DNA from: Minisyncoccia bacterium
Lineage (GTDB): Bacteria; Patescibacteriota; Minisyncoccia; JACQLN01
DNA: 43,372 nt
Assembly: GCA_049274895.1 (NCBI GenBank)
Contig: JBASTM010000003.1
Span: 1 to 43,372 of the forward strand
Direction of reading: 5' to 3'
Positions 26,029-35,075 of the stretch are shown here, piece by piece. Below the pieces are notes generated by a model. That model was not told where the DNA came from. It was given only the letters and a program-made list of their open reading frames with translations, and searched no databases. Each line of letters opens with the position of its first letter. Position 1 is the first letter of the stretch. The position numbers and the translations under genes were made by a program.

Positions 26029-27321
26029 ATGAAATACCGGATAATAATTTTTGTTTTAGTGGGCCTGGCGGTGCTGGTTGGCGTTTTAGCTTTCGTTTTT
26101 GGCCGCAGAGACAGCGGCGGCGGGGCGGCCACGCTGGAGTTTTGGGGCACTCAAGACGCGGCTAATTGGTCGCAAGCAATCTCGGCCTACCAAACGGCCA
26201 ATCCCCAAGTAAAAATAAAATACACCCAAAAAAATTCTCTCAAATACGAAAAGGAATTGGTGGATGCTTTGGCCGCGGGGGCCGGGCCGGATATAGCGAC
26301 CATAAACAACACCTGGCTCCATACGCATTTAAATAAACTGGCTCCTGCCCCCAGCCAGGTCATCAGCCCGCAGGTTTTTAAGGATTCTTTTGTTGAAGCG
26401 ACCCATCAGAATTTGGTTCTGGCCAATAAAATTTACGCTCTGCCTTTTTACGTGGATACGCTGGCGCTTTATTACAATAAATCGCTCTATAACAACGCCG
26501 GCTTGGTGAGCCCGCCCAAAACTTGGGACGAATTTAACCGGGCGGCGGAACAGTTGACCCAAAAAAACGAGCGCGGCGACATTGTCCGCTCGGGCGCGGC
26601 TTTGGGTACGGCGGCCAACGTCAATTATGCCAGCGATATTTTAAACTTATTGATGTTGCAGACGGGCGCCACAATGTTAAGCCCCAACGGCCGTGAGGCC
26701 GTGTTTGACCGCGCGGTTAATTTGAACGGCAAAACTTATTCGCCGGGTCTGGCCGCTCTGGATTTTTACATCAGTTTCGCCAATGCTTCCAAGCCCGTTT
26801 ATTCATGGAATTCCAGAATGCCCAATTCCTTAAAAGCGTTTACGGACGGTAAAACGGCTATGTATTTGGGCTATGCCAAAGATTTAAAAGAGATCAGAAG
26901 TAAAGTTTCCAATTTCGGCCTCGCTCCGGCACCGCAAATAAAAGATTCGCGCCGCGATGCTTCTTATCTTGATATCAATTTCGCTTCTTACCAAGCCGGC
27001 GCAGTAACGCAAGCCAGCCAGCAAAAAGAAGCCGCTTGGAATTTTTTGGTTTTTGCTGTGGGGCGCACTGCCGCGGCTGGTTATCTGCAGTCTAGTTACC
27101 TGCCTCCGGCCCGGCGCGATCTGATTGAATTTACCGCGTCGGACGCGGTTTTGAATGTTTTTGCCAAGCAGGCCCTCAACGCGGCCAGTTGGGCCCAACC
27201 AGACGAAGTTGAAGTTAAAAAAATTTTTGAGCGGATGATTACCGCCGCGGCTTTAGGCCAAGCTAGCGCGGCCGAGGCCATCAAGGAAGCGGCAGTGGAA
27301 GTTACTAATTTATTAAAATAA
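26029..27321 (+). CDS. Extracellular solute-binding protein (ABC transporter SBP family 1), orphan with no permease or ATPase nearby
   Basis: N-terminal TM/signal anchor and the SBP_bac_1-like pattern (LEFWGTQDAANW...). No partner transporter genes in the window. Confidence 0.65.
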   Translation: MKYRIIIFVLVGLAVLVGVLAFVFGRRDSGGGAATLEFWGTQDAANWSQAISAYQTANPQVKIKYTQKNSLKYEKELVDALAAGAGPDIATINNTWLHTHLNKLAPAPSQVISPQVFKDSFVEATHQNLVLANKIYALPFYVDTLALYYNKSLYNNAGLVSPPKTWDEFNRAAEQLTQKNERGDIVRSGAALGTAANVNYASDILNLLMLQTGATMLSPNGREAVFDRAVNLNGKTYSPGLAALDFYISFANASKPVYSWNSRMPNSLKAFTDGKTAMYLGYAKDLKEIRSKVSNFGLAPAPQIKDSRRDASYLDINFASYQAGAVTQASQQKEAAWNFLVFAVGRTAAAGYLQSSYLPPARRDLIEFTASDAVLNVFAKQALNAASWAQPDEVEVKKIFERMITAAALGQASAAEAIKEAAVEVTNLLK

Positions 27322-27328
27322 GTACTAT

Positions 27329-28255
27329 ATGTCTTATAAGTCTTATTGGTCCTATCTCGCAGCACTGGTTCCCTGCACCGGCATAAACTGCACGCTCTGC
27401 GATTTATTTACTTTAACCCAGAATATTTTTAATTTTGTGGCCATCCAGTTGGTGCCGATCGTGGCCATACTTTTGATTTTTTGGGGCGGTTATACTTTTC
27501 TTATTTCCTCCGGCAGCCCGGCTGGTATAACCAAAGGTAAAAGCATCTTAAAAAACACTGTGATTGGCCTGGTGATTGTCTATAGCGCCTATTTGGCCGC
27601 CTCGTATATTGTAAGTTTTTTTGCCGGAGCAGGCAGTGTGGCCAGCTCCAGCTTTACCAGCCGCGGCTTTGTGGTTCAGTGCGAGCGCGTTGAGCTTGAA
27701 AACAAAACCGGCATTGAGATCGGTAATTTAACGGAGGAGTTGTTGATTGCCCCGGAGCCGCCGGTTGTGTTTGCCGACGGAGATCTGTCTGTTTCTACCG
27801 ACATTGCCAATGTTAAAATTAATGATGGCGTGGATGTAAACGGGCTTCAGGATAATGTTAAAAGTAGCTTGAGGGCGGCCGCGGCTGCGGCTTCGGAACC
27901 TGGAATCGGAATCACTTTGGTGGTTACATCCGGCTTTAGGCATGTAGACCGTCAAATTGAACTTGTGAATCAGAACTGCGTGAATCCTGATGCCGATAGA
28001 TGTGAGGTCAAAAAAGGCGGGGTGGAAACATGCATACCTAAAGACGACGGATTTAATTGCCGCCACACCACCGGCAAAGCCGTGGATGTGTGGTGCCAGC
28101 AAAGTGAAGGTGGAGCCAAATGCTACCAAGCCACGTTATTCAATCAGGTTATGAAGCCGAACGGCTGGTGCGTTCTTAAGCGGGAAAATTGGCATTTTGA
28201 ACTTAAAACCGATTTGGATCAAGACCCGGACCGGCGGTCGGCTTTCAATTGCTGA
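27329..28255 (+). CDS. Fusion protein: N-terminal VirB2/TrbC-like pilin-type two-helix membrane domain plus C-terminal M15-family (VanY-like LAS) zinc peptidase domain
   Basis: N-terminus: Cys-rich leader, TM1 FVAIQLVPIVAILLIFWGGYTFLI, loop SSGSPAGITKGKS, TM2 TVIGLVIVYSAYLAASYIV. C-terminus: SGFRHVDRQ...CRHTTGKAVDVW...ENWHFEL (H-x3-G-x-A-x-D and WHxE zinc-peptidase motifs). Confidence 0.55.
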   Translation: MSYKSYWSYLAALVPCTGINCTLCDLFTLTQNIFNFVAIQLVPIVAILLIFWGGYTFLISSGSPAGITKGKSILKNTVIGLVIVYSAYLAASYIVSFFAGAGSVASSSFTSRGFVVQCERVELENKTGIEIGNLTEELLIAPEPPVVFADGDLSVSTDIANVKINDGVDVNGLQDNVKSSLRAAAAAASEPGIGITLVVTSGFRHVDRQIELVNQNCVNPDADRCEVKKGGVETCIPKDDGFNCRHTTGKAVDVWCQQSEGGAKCYQATLFNQVMKPNGWCVLKRENWHFELKTDLDQDPDRRSAFNC

Positions 28256-28261
28256 TGGCAG

Positions 28262-28675
28262 TTGAGCAATGATATGATAATAAATATGCGCGGATTGCTT
28301 TATAAATTATTTTTATTATTAACGCCTGTTTTTGTTTCTGCAGAAAGTGGAGGTCCTGTAGATGGTGGTTCAGACGGTTCTTTTGGTGGAGATGTCACAA
28401 TTACCAATCCCTTGCAAGGCATCAATAGTATCCCGGATGTTATAGACAGGATCATAAACTTTCTGGCGGTGCTGGCCGCACCCATCGCTGTGTTGATGCT
28501 GGTTTACGCCGCCTACCTTTTTGTTTTGGCCGGCACCAGCCCGGATAACGTCAAAAAGGCCAAAAGTATCATACTTTACGTGGTGGTGGGTTTGGTGGTG
28601 CTGGGGCTTTCCAAAGCCATAGTCTATGTAACCTGCAGTGTTATCGGCGTTGATTACTCGCCGGGAGGATGTTAG
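28262..28675 (+). CDS. VirB2/TrbC-like pilin-type protein (paralog 2)
   Basis: Signal peptide, TM1 IINFLAVLAAPIAVLMLVYAAYLFVLA, loop GTSPDNVKKAKS, TM2 IILYVVVGLVVLGLSKAIVYV. Confidence 0.5.
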   Translation: MSNDMIINMRGLLYKLFLLLTPVFVSAESGGPVDGGSDGSFGGDVTITNPLQGINSIPDVIDRIINFLAVLAAPIAVLMLVYAAYLFVLAGTSPDNVKKAKSIILYVVVGLVVLGLSKAIVYVTCSVIGVDYSPGGC

Positions 28676-28825
28676 AAGTCCGCCCTGCCTGGAAGGCACG
28701 GCGTCAGCCGCCTAAGGGCGGCTTACTTCTAACGGGATAACTGGATTTGCATAATTGGGCGGGGATGCTATAAAATAGTATCAACAGGTCGATTCTTAAA
28801 ATTAACCTAAGTATCTCAAATATAA

Positions 28826-29194
28826 ATGAACACAATTAAAAATTTGGCTTTACGGGCGGCCGCGGCGGCGGGGATGCTGGGCGCTTTTGGCTCAAACGCT
28901 TTAGCTCAAATTACCGGTCTACAACCCAGACAAGATATAGATAATGTTGACCAATTTAAGGGTACGATTACAACCATTATCAATTCTTTTGTGGGTCTGG
29001 TTGCGGTCATAGCGGCCATTATGCTGGTTTACGGAGCTTATCTTTATGTTACGGCTGGTGCCAACGAGGATAATGCCAAAAAAGGCAAAACGGTTGTTGT
29101 CTATGCCATCATAGGCATAATCGTGGGCGCATTGGTTTATGCCATCGTCAACGTGGCCACTGGTTTGATAGGTGGTGGTGTTGGTGGGTCTTAG
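28826..29194 (+). CDS. VirB2/TrbC-like pilin-type protein (paralog 3)
   Basis: Signal peptide MNTIKNLALRAAAAAGMLGAFGSNALAQ, TM1 FVGLVAVIAAIMLVYGAYLYV, loop TAGANEDNAKKGK, TM2 TVVVYAIIGIIVGALVYAIVNV. Confidence 0.55.
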   Translation: MNTIKNLALRAAAAAGMLGAFGSNALAQITGLQPRQDIDNVDQFKGTITTIINSFVGLVAVIAAIMLVYGAYLYVTAGANEDNAKKGKTVVVYAIIGIIVGALVYAIVNVATGLIGGGVGGS

Positions 29195-29223
29195 ATCTTG
29201 TTTGGTTTTATCGCGTTAAAATA

Positions 29224-29250
29224 TCCCCTCCGACTTTGCGTCGGAGGGGA
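29224..29250. terminator. Bidirectional terminator (TCCCCTCCGAC-TTTGC-GTCGGAGGGGA)
   Basis: Perfect 11-bp stem between the convergent pilin-like gene and 29270..30157. Confidence 0.65.
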
Positions 29251-29269
29251 TTTGTGTTTCGCTGTGTTT

Positions 29270-30157
29270 TTATTGGCGGTTTTTTTCTTTTTTTCTTTTT
29301 TCAAGCATAGCGGCCAACCGGCGCATATCTTCATCGGACATCCCGAGCTGTGCCCGTAAAGTCTTGATCGCCACGGCATGGACGGCGTTGATGGAGTCCC
29401 GGGCGGCTTTTGTCCGCGCTCGGCCGCGCATTTCATCAAAGAGCAGTTCATCGGCCTCTAATTGACGTAAAGTAGCGTTTTGTTGAGCGAAAGTTAAACC
29501 TCCACTTGGAGGATGTATTACAGGATCAGGTTCGCGATAGCCCATCAACTCCGCCATATTCGTGTCCAATCGGCGAAATTTTTGGGCCAGGGTTTCAAAA
29601 ACCTTAGGCAGAAAGAACGACAAAGTGGTCAGGGACATAATGACTATGGCCACGAAAGTGTAAAACCGGCCCGAGAGCCAGCCGCCCCAAATATAACTTC
29701 CCAACACCACAGCCGCGGCGGCGATGATGAGAACCGGCAACGCTTCGGCATTTCTTTCCCAAGGCACCCTGGCCAGATACAACGAGGCCATCAGAACCGC
29801 GAAAATCACGGGGCCTATAAACTTTAGGTAGCGCTCGCCGGCTTCCGCCGGGTTTATCGTTTTCCCGGATAACATACCTATCACCAAGCCCAAGGGCGCG
29901 TATAGTAGGCCGAGGATAGCAGTGAATATGATCGCCAAGAAAGCCGCCAGGTATCCAAAAATGGACAGTCCGGTAACCGCTTTCAGAATTACCAGTATAG
30001 GTATCAGTAGTAATCCAGTCAGCGTGGTGATTATGAGCGACTTTAAGTAAATTCTCGCGGTTGGTTTGGCTTTCTCAAACGCGGCCTCGGCTCCCGAGAT
30101 GGCGATTTCCGTTAGCAAGCTTACAGTTTTAGCTAGAGCGTCAATCAGGGCCGCCAT
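29270..30157 (-). CDS. Polytopic membrane protein (4-5 TM) with a charged C-terminal tail
   Basis: Hydropathy pattern only; no recognisable family. Confidence 0.45.
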   Translation of the reverse strand: MAALIDALAKTVSLLTEIAISGAEAAFEKAKPTARIYLKSLIITTLTGLLLIPILVILKAVTGLSIFGYLAAFLAIIFTAILGLLYAPLGLVIGMLSGKTINPAEAGERYLKFIGPVIFAVLMASLYLARVPWERNAEALPVLIIAAAAVVLGSYIWGGWLSGRFYTFVAIVIMSLTTLSFFLPKVFETLAQKFRRLDTNMAELMGYREPDPVIHPPSGGLTFAQQNATLRQLEADELLFDEMRGRARTKAARDSINAVHAVAIKTLRAQLGMSDEDMRRLAAMLEKRKKEKNRQ

Positions 30158-30704
30158 GATCCGCCTCCTTTGGTTTTTTGAGCCAGTCGCGTGTTTTTTC
30201 CAGCGATTGGTTTAATCTTCCCAAGGATTCAGTTAAAGCTAGCGCTGTTGGGCTGTCTTTTATTTCTGGTTTTTGAGCGGCCGTGCGAGCGATGTCTTTT
30301 ATAAAACCCAGTTCCAAATTGATTCTTTCAAATTCCACTTTGGGATCCGCGGCTTTTTTTAGGCGCTCGGCCGCATCGGCCAGGAAGTTTTTCAGCAGAC
30401 CTTGCGTTTTTACTAAACCGCCGTCTTCGGCCAAAAATACCGCCAAAAAATCGGCAAAGTCGGTGGCTTTTTCCACGGCCACGGCCGACAACGCCGGAAA
30501 CCTTTCGGCGTAGACTTCGGCGAAACCCTTGACCGCCCCAATAAGCGATTCAACGCCTTCGGTTCGCAACGGACTGTCCGGAGAAACGGACTGCGCCAGC
30601 CGTTGGGCCAGTTGGCGCAGGATCGGGTCAAATAACCCCGCCGCGCCAGCCAAAACTTTTTTATCGGCCATAGCAATATCCTTTCTGTTTTCAAAGAACT
30701 CCAA
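30141..30704 (-). CDS. Alpha-helical soluble hypothetical protein (operon partner; overlaps the downstream gene by 17 nt)
   Basis: No recognisable family. Confidence 0.45.
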   Translation of the reverse strand: MEFFENRKDIAMADKKVLAGAAGLFDPILRQLAQRLAQSVSPDSPLRTEGVESLIGAVKGFAEVYAERFPALSAVAVEKATDFADFLAVFLAEDGGLVKTQGLLKNFLADAAERLKKAADPKVEFERINLELGFIKDIARTAAQKPEIKDSPTALALTESLGRLNQSLEKTRDWLKKPKEADHGGPD

Positions 30705-30752
30705 AGAACATTTTGATTACATTATACACCATACACCTTGGCTAAAATAAAA

Positions 30753-30784
30753 TCCCCGCCCGCGACGTGAAGTCGGGGCGGGGT
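30753..30784 (-). terminator. Intrinsic terminator (CCCCGCCCGCGAC-GTGAA-GTCGGGGCGGGG)
   Basis: Follows the stop of 30797..31687 on the minus strand, with a U-run. Confidence 0.6.
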
Positions 30785-30796
30785 TGAAGGAACTTG

Positions 30797-31687
30797 TTAG
30801 TTTAGCGTGAAGACCGCTTCTCCCGGGTCTCCACGGAGCCGGAACTTGTGTACCCCACCGAGCCTGTAATTGGTGTTTCCGTCAGCAACCTTTATTGTTT
30901 TGCCGTTGGGGAGTAAAAACTCAATATTGCCAGGAGCCCGCCAGTTACCCACACTCCCCGGTGGGAGCATTACCCATTCGGACAGCTGATTATTTTCTGG
31001 TATTTGCACCCTGATCACTTTTTGCCGTGTTTGCTGTTGAGTAGAAACCGAAGCGGGGTTCCCTTGAGCGGAGGTTGAACCGCCGCTTTTCCAGAATTGG
31101 TTCACCACAAGGAAAGCGATGAGGATTATGGCCATGGTCCAAGCCATCCTCCTAATCTCGGCTTTACCCAGTATTGCTCCTACTAACAATACCACCACAA
31201 GGACGATGACTATCACAAACAGGAACTTCCTGGGATTGGCGTCCAGAATCCCGTCCAGCCAGTCTTTGGTGTTCTTCGGCGACGGATTTTCTATTTCTTT
31301 GGAGACCTCGCTCATTTCCACTCGGAAGTTGCCTTGAGTCAACATACCCAATGCCGAGTTCCTAGTTGACGAGCGTGCGTCATCCAAAGATATACGCTCC
31401 GTTTCCAGCTGCGCCATTGTTCGTACGAGGTCCCGGGCCGTTCTTTGGGCGGCCAGCCTGTCCATCCTGGAAAGATGCGCAGCGAAGGCGTCGCCATATC
31501 TTTTGGCCGCGTCGGGGTCTATTCTGTCCTGTCGGGGACGGCTGGCTTTTTCAGTTGTTCCCGCCCTTTTTTGTTCAACTTTGGTCCCCCGACCGGTTCC
31601 ATAGAATACCGCGATTGCGATTCCCGCAAGACACACCAATGGGACAATGGCGTACCGGGCCTTGTTCCATACAGTTTGCCAGTTCAT
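30797..31687 (-). CDS. Membrane protein (N-terminal TM, coiled region, two central TMs, C-terminal ~90-aa beta-rich extracytoplasmic domain); possible NfeD-like partner of the SPFH protein
   Basis: Topology read from the sequence. Adjacent to and co-oriented with the SPFH gene, separated by 1 nt. Confidence 0.45.
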   Translation of the reverse strand: MNWQTVWNKARYAIVPLVCLAGIAIAVFYGTGRGTKVEQKRAGTTEKASRPRQDRIDPDAAKRYGDAFAAHLSRMDRLAAQRTARDLVRTMAQLETERISLDDARSSTRNSALGMLTQGNFRVEMSEVSKEIENPSPKNTKDWLDGILDANPRKFLFVIVIVLVVVLLVGAILGKAEIRRMAWTMAIILIAFLVVNQFWKSGGSTSAQGNPASVSTQQQTRQKVIRVQIPENNQLSEWVMLPPGSVGNWRAPGNIEFLLPNGKTIKVADGNTNYRLGGVHKFRLRGDPGEAVFTLN

Positions 31688-31688
31688 G

Positions 31689-32828
31689 TTATTCCTCCCT
31701 CTTTGCTTTTCCTAGTATGTCTGCCACCAGATCGCGGGCCGCGCCCATAACCACCACGGCTTTGCCGCCTTTAGCCAGATCCTCGGCGATTTTCATGGCC
31801 ACGCCGTTATCGCCCAGATCCGCGGCGGCAGCCATTACGCTTTTTATACGTTCGGCTTCGCCCCCGCCCCTAAGCTTCGCGGCTTTAGCTTCGTGTTCCG
31901 CGGCCGTGGCGTCGGCTTGGGCCATGCGGATTTTCTCGGCGGCACCCCGGAACTCCTCTGGCGGTATCAGCTCAATCACCTCAACGCCGATTGTCTTTAC
32001 GCCGTAGAGCCGTTCCAGTTCGTCGGCGATAGGTTGGAGCATTACGTTTATGTTTTCTTGGGATTGGAAAACTTTCCAGGTATTGGCGGCGAAGTTTCGC
32101 CGGATGTGAGTCAGAAGTCTGTCGGCAGACGTTTCCAGCCAGTTGCGAACCCGGAACAGGGCCTTGAATGGATTAACCACCTGCGTGGTCCAGACCAGTT
32201 TGATTTTTATTGAGAGCTGATCCTGATCTTCTATGCCAGTAAGATCAAGAAGGTAGGTGGCTTGCTGAACCAGAATGTAGTCTATGTTCTGAACGCGGGT
32301 CTGTTCGTAGTTGGTGGCGCCCGCGGTGTAGCCCGTGGGCAGCTGTCCACGGAGAGACGTCCAACGAAAATCGTAGCGGTGAATTTTATAGAAAGGCCAG
32401 ATGCCTATCCATCTCAACCCGCCTAGATCAATACCCAGCGTGTGGTGTATGAATCTAAACCAGAGTCGTTTTTCCTCGGGACGATCATCGTCTTTCCCTA
32501 ACCTGGTGATTTCCCAGAACTCATCACTGCGGCGGTGCGTTTCCCAATCAATCTCTCCATTGAATCGGTGGGAAGTGTAAGACAGCAAACACCGGTTTGC
32601 CCTGCCAAAGATGGTGATCCCTTTGGCTTGGCCCTCTTCTACGATAGTGAATAGGATATTTTTTTTGGCCAGTACCATCAACAGTACCACGAAACCATAG
32701 ACGGCCATTACCCCAAGAAACAGGATCAGTAAAGTACCGATCCAGCTCCAAAGCATGCCGCTGATAGCGGTGGTGGTTGCCACCACCGACCAGAAGTTTA
32801 TCCTCACCAGCAATCCGTCGTTTGCCAT
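31689..32828 (-). CDS. SPFH/band-7 (stomatin/prohibitin/HflKC-like) domain membrane protein
   Basis: N-terminal TMs. The C-terminal segment ...IKLVWTTQVVNP...VMLQPIADELERLYGVKTIGVEVIELIPPEEFRGAAEKIRMAQADATAAEHEAKAAK shows the SPFH hallmark. Confidence 0.6.
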   Translation of the reverse strand: MANDGLLVRINFWSVVATTTAISGMLWSWIGTLLILFLGVMAVYGFVVLLMVLAKKNILFTIVEEGQAKGITIFGRANRCLLSYTSHRFNGEIDWETHRRSDEFWEITRLGKDDDRPEEKRLWFRFIHHTLGIDLGGLRWIGIWPFYKIHRYDFRWTSLRGQLPTGYTAGATNYEQTRVQNIDYILVQQATYLLDLTGIEDQDQLSIKIKLVWTTQVVNPFKALFRVRNWLETSADRLLTHIRRNFAANTWKVFQSQENINVMLQPIADELERLYGVKTIGVEVIELIPPEEFRGAAEKIRMAQADATAAEHEAKAAKLRGGGEAERIKSVMAAAADLGDNGVAMKIAEDLAKGGKAVVVMGAARDLVADILGKAKREE

Positions 32829-32887
32829 CGCAGTCCTCCTTTTTTGGTTAGTTTTTCAAACAACTTGCCGTGGTCTGTGATTATGTT

Positions 32888-32916
32888 ATGATATATCAAA
32901 AGCTAATGTATGTCAA
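32888..32916 (-). promoter_or_regulatory. Sigma70-type promoter (TTGACA-N17-TATCAT) for the SPFH operon
   Basis: Minus-strand reading CACTATTGACATACATTAGCTTTTGATATATCATAAC. Confidence 0.5.
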
Positions 32917-32956
32917 TAGTGCGTGGTCTGACTTATTTTTATAGTATTTAACTATT

Positions 32957-33038
32957 GCCCCAGTGGCGGAATTGGAATACGCGCAGCGCTTAGGACGCTG
33001 TCCTGCAAAGGTTAGAGGTTCGAGTCCTCTCTGGGGCA
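32957..33038 (+). tRNA. tRNA-Leu (anticodon UAG) with long variable arm; CCA encoded at 33039..33041
   Basis: GCCCCAG-TG-GCG-GAATTGGAATA-CGC-G-CAGCG-CTTAGGA-CGCTG-TCCTGCAAAGGTT-AGAGG-TTCGAGT-CCTCT-CTGGGGC-A. Anchored on the antisense ORF 32896..33162. Confidence 0.8.
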
Positions 33039-33047
33039 CCAAACAAA

Positions 33048-33071
33048 CCACCCCTCCGATCGGAGGGGTGG
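33048..33071. terminator. Bidirectional terminator hairpin (CCACCCCTCCGA|TCGGAGGGGTGG)
   Basis: Perfect 24-bp palindrome between tRNA-Leu and the convergent 3D-domain gene. Confidence 0.65.
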
Positions 33072-33083
33072 TTCTTAAATCGG

Positions 33084-33623
33084 TTATATCGCTTCCTCTA
33101 TAACCTGCACCTGAAGTTTTCTCTTGCCGAAAGATTTGGCCAGTTCCTTGGACGAAAACCAAACGTCCACTTTCTCGCTGTGTTTTCTGGCCATGCGGTC
33201 TTTGACCGTGAAGATTTTGCCGCCAAAGTACTCGGGGATTTTTAGTTTAGTGCCTAGCGGCAGGAAGTTGGCCGCCACAATGCCGTCTCTCACATATTCG
33301 CCCGAAGCAGTGATAAACGGTGTGCTGTCGGTTTCATCCACACTGGAAGAGTAACCAGTGACAAAGATTTCATAGACCTCAAGAACACCCACCAAGGGCT
33401 GAACGCTGGGCATCAGGGCGGTGCCGTTTATGGTTTTAAGACCAAGCTCGGCCGGTTCGGACAGGTTTTCCGCCCAAGCGATGGCGGTTACTTTGTCCTT
33501 GAACCAAGAGCCAATGCCGTCAAAATCTATGAAAGCGGCTTGGGTTTGAGCTGGCCAAGAAGCCACCACTATTAGGGCGAGTATTAAGCGTAAAACAGTG
33601 TTTTTTTTGTATATTTTTATCAT
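33084..33623 (-). CDS. 3D-domain (MltA-like, YuiC-type) cell-wall-binding/hydrolase protein with signal peptide (start taken at the internal MIKIYKK)
   Basis: ...VTGYSSSVDETDSTPFITASGEYVRDGIVAANFLPLGTKLKIPEYFGGKIFTVKDRMARKHSEKVDVWF... is the 3D-domain signature. The upstream 70 codons of the track ORF look like a 5' leader. Confidence 0.65.
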   Translation of the reverse strand: MIKIYKKNTVLRLILALIVVASWPAQTQAAFIDFDGIGSWFKDKVTAIAWAENLSEPAELGLKTINGTALMPSVQPLVGVLEVYEIFVTGYSSSVDETDSTPFITASGEYVRDGIVAANFLPLGTKLKIPEYFGGKIFTVKDRMARKHSEKVDVWFSSKELAKSFGKRKLQVQVIEEAI

Positions 33624-33827
33624 AGTTTGCGGCCCGGCCGCGAGCAGCCAACACCCCACACCAAGTCTAGCCGAGAGCTTTCTACTTCCAACATTTTCAA
33701 TCAATACGCCTGCGGCTCTCGATATTCCACCAAGCTGGTATTTGCCAGACTTGGAGCGGGGTTGTTGCTTATAGCTGTTCGCTATGCTCACAGATAAGCA
33801 ACAAAAAACCGCGTCTTTGCGCGATAT

Positions 33828-33858
33828 ACTCATTGTAGCATATTGTTACTATCTTGTC
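33828..33858 (-). promoter_or_regulatory. Sigma70-type promoter (TTGACA-N17-TACAAT) on the minus strand; the same block reads TTGTCA-N18-TATATT on the plus strand toward tRNA-Arg
   Basis: Read from the sequence on both strands. Confidence 0.5.
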
Positions 33859-33951
33859 AATACAAAGGTAGCTATGCTATATTGACTCTTAAGGAAGCTA
33901 GCAATAATCAAGTAATTAGTAAATAGTAGTTAGTAATTAGGTAATTAGCAG

Positions 33952-34023
33952 GCCTCTGTAGTGAAACGGATATCACGCGACGCTTCGGACGTCGTATTCC
34001 GGGTTCAAATCCTGGCGGAGGCA
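33952..34023 (+). tRNA. tRNA-Arg (anticodon UCG)
   Basis: GCCTCTG-TA-GTGA-AACGGATA-TCAC-G-CGACG-CTTCGGA-CGTCG-TATT-CCGGG-TTCAAAT-CCTGG-CGGAGGC-A. Ends 3 nt before the trpS ATG. Confidence 0.75.
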
Positions 34024-34025
34024 CT

Positions 34026-35075
34026 ATGAAAAAAAGAATTTTAACCGGCGACAGGCCCACCGGGAAACTGCATCTGGGGCATTACGTGGGTACGCTGAAA
34101 AATCGGGTCGCGCTCCAAAACGACTACGAAACTTTTATAATTCTGGCCGACTTGCACACCTTAACCACCAAACCGGAAAAGGAACATATCCAGAAGCTCA
34201 ATGAAAATATCCGCGAGTTGATGTTGGATTATTTGGCGGTGGGATTGGATCCACAAAAAGTTATTTTTTATCGCCAGTCCGAGGTGCCAGAAGTTGCTTA
34301 CCTCGCGCTTTTGTTTTCCATGCTGGTTTCCACCTCGCGTTTAGAAAGACTACCTACCTTAAAAGAAGTGATGCGCGATCTAAAAATAGAAAATGCTTCG
34401 CTAGGTTTACTGTCTTACCCGGTGTTGCAGTCGGCCGACATTTTAATGGTGCGGGCCGATTTGGTGCCGGTGGGCAAAGATCAAGAATCTCACATAGAAC
34501 TGACGCGCGAAATCGCCAACCGATTCAACCAGATGTACCCCTCGACCAAGCTCGGGGCAGGCGGTCGGGTGTTTCCGGAACCTAAAGCTTTGGTTGGCAA
34601 TGAGGCCGTGACTTTGGTGGGCACTGACGGCAAAGCCAAAATGTCCAAATCGCTGGGCAATTGCATTTATCTTTCTGATTCTTCGGACGAGGTCAAAAAG
34701 AAAGTAATGAGTATGTACACCGATCCCAATCGTATCCATGGCGATGAACCCGGCCAAGTAGACGGCAACCCGGTGTTTATTTACCACGCTATTTTTAATC
34801 CAGATAAATCGGAGGTGGAAGACCTAAAAAACCGCTACCGCTCGGGCAACGTCAAAGACGTGGAAGTCAAAGAGAAACTAGTCATGGCCATCAATGCCTT
34901 TCTGGATCCCATCAGAACCAAGCGGGCCGAGTTGGAAAAAGATCCCGAACTCATCAGCCGTATTTTAGAAACAGGCACCGCCCGCGCCCGCGCCGAAGCG
35001 CAAAAAACTCTAGAACTGGCCAAGCAAGCGATGGGATTGCCCTTTCTTGTTAGGTTAGCTAACATTGAACCATGA
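34026..35075 (+). CDS. trpS: Tryptophan--tRNA ligase
   Basis: HIGH-like TGKLHLGHY and KMSKS motifs, 349 aa. Confidence 0.9.
   Translation: MKKRILTGDRPTGKLHLGHYVGTLKNRVALQNDYETFIILADLHTLTTKPEKEHIQKLNENIRELMLDYLAVGLDPQKVIFYRQSEVPEVAYLALLFSMLVSTSRLERLPTLKEVMRDLKIENASLGLLSYPVLQSADILMVRADLVPVGKDQESHIELTREIANRFNQMYPSTKLGAGGRVFPEPKALVGNEAVTLVGTDGKAKMSKSLGNCIYLSDSSDEVKKKVMSMYTDPNRIHGDEPGQVDGNPVFIYHAIFNPDKSEVEDLKNRYRSGNVKDVEVKEKLVMAINAFLDPIRTKRAELEKDPELISRILETGTARARAEAQKTLELAKQAMGLPFLVRLANIEP

Noticed and set aside
32896-33162. Minus-strand ORF (88 aa)
   Set aside because: Antisense to tRNA-Leu and the terminator hairpin.
33624-33835. c-di-AMP (ydaO-yuaA) riboswitch upstream of the 3D-domain gene
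   Set aside because: A plausible functional context, but conserved ydaO segments (ACGGGGA, CCCGAACC, CAGCUAACC) were not found.
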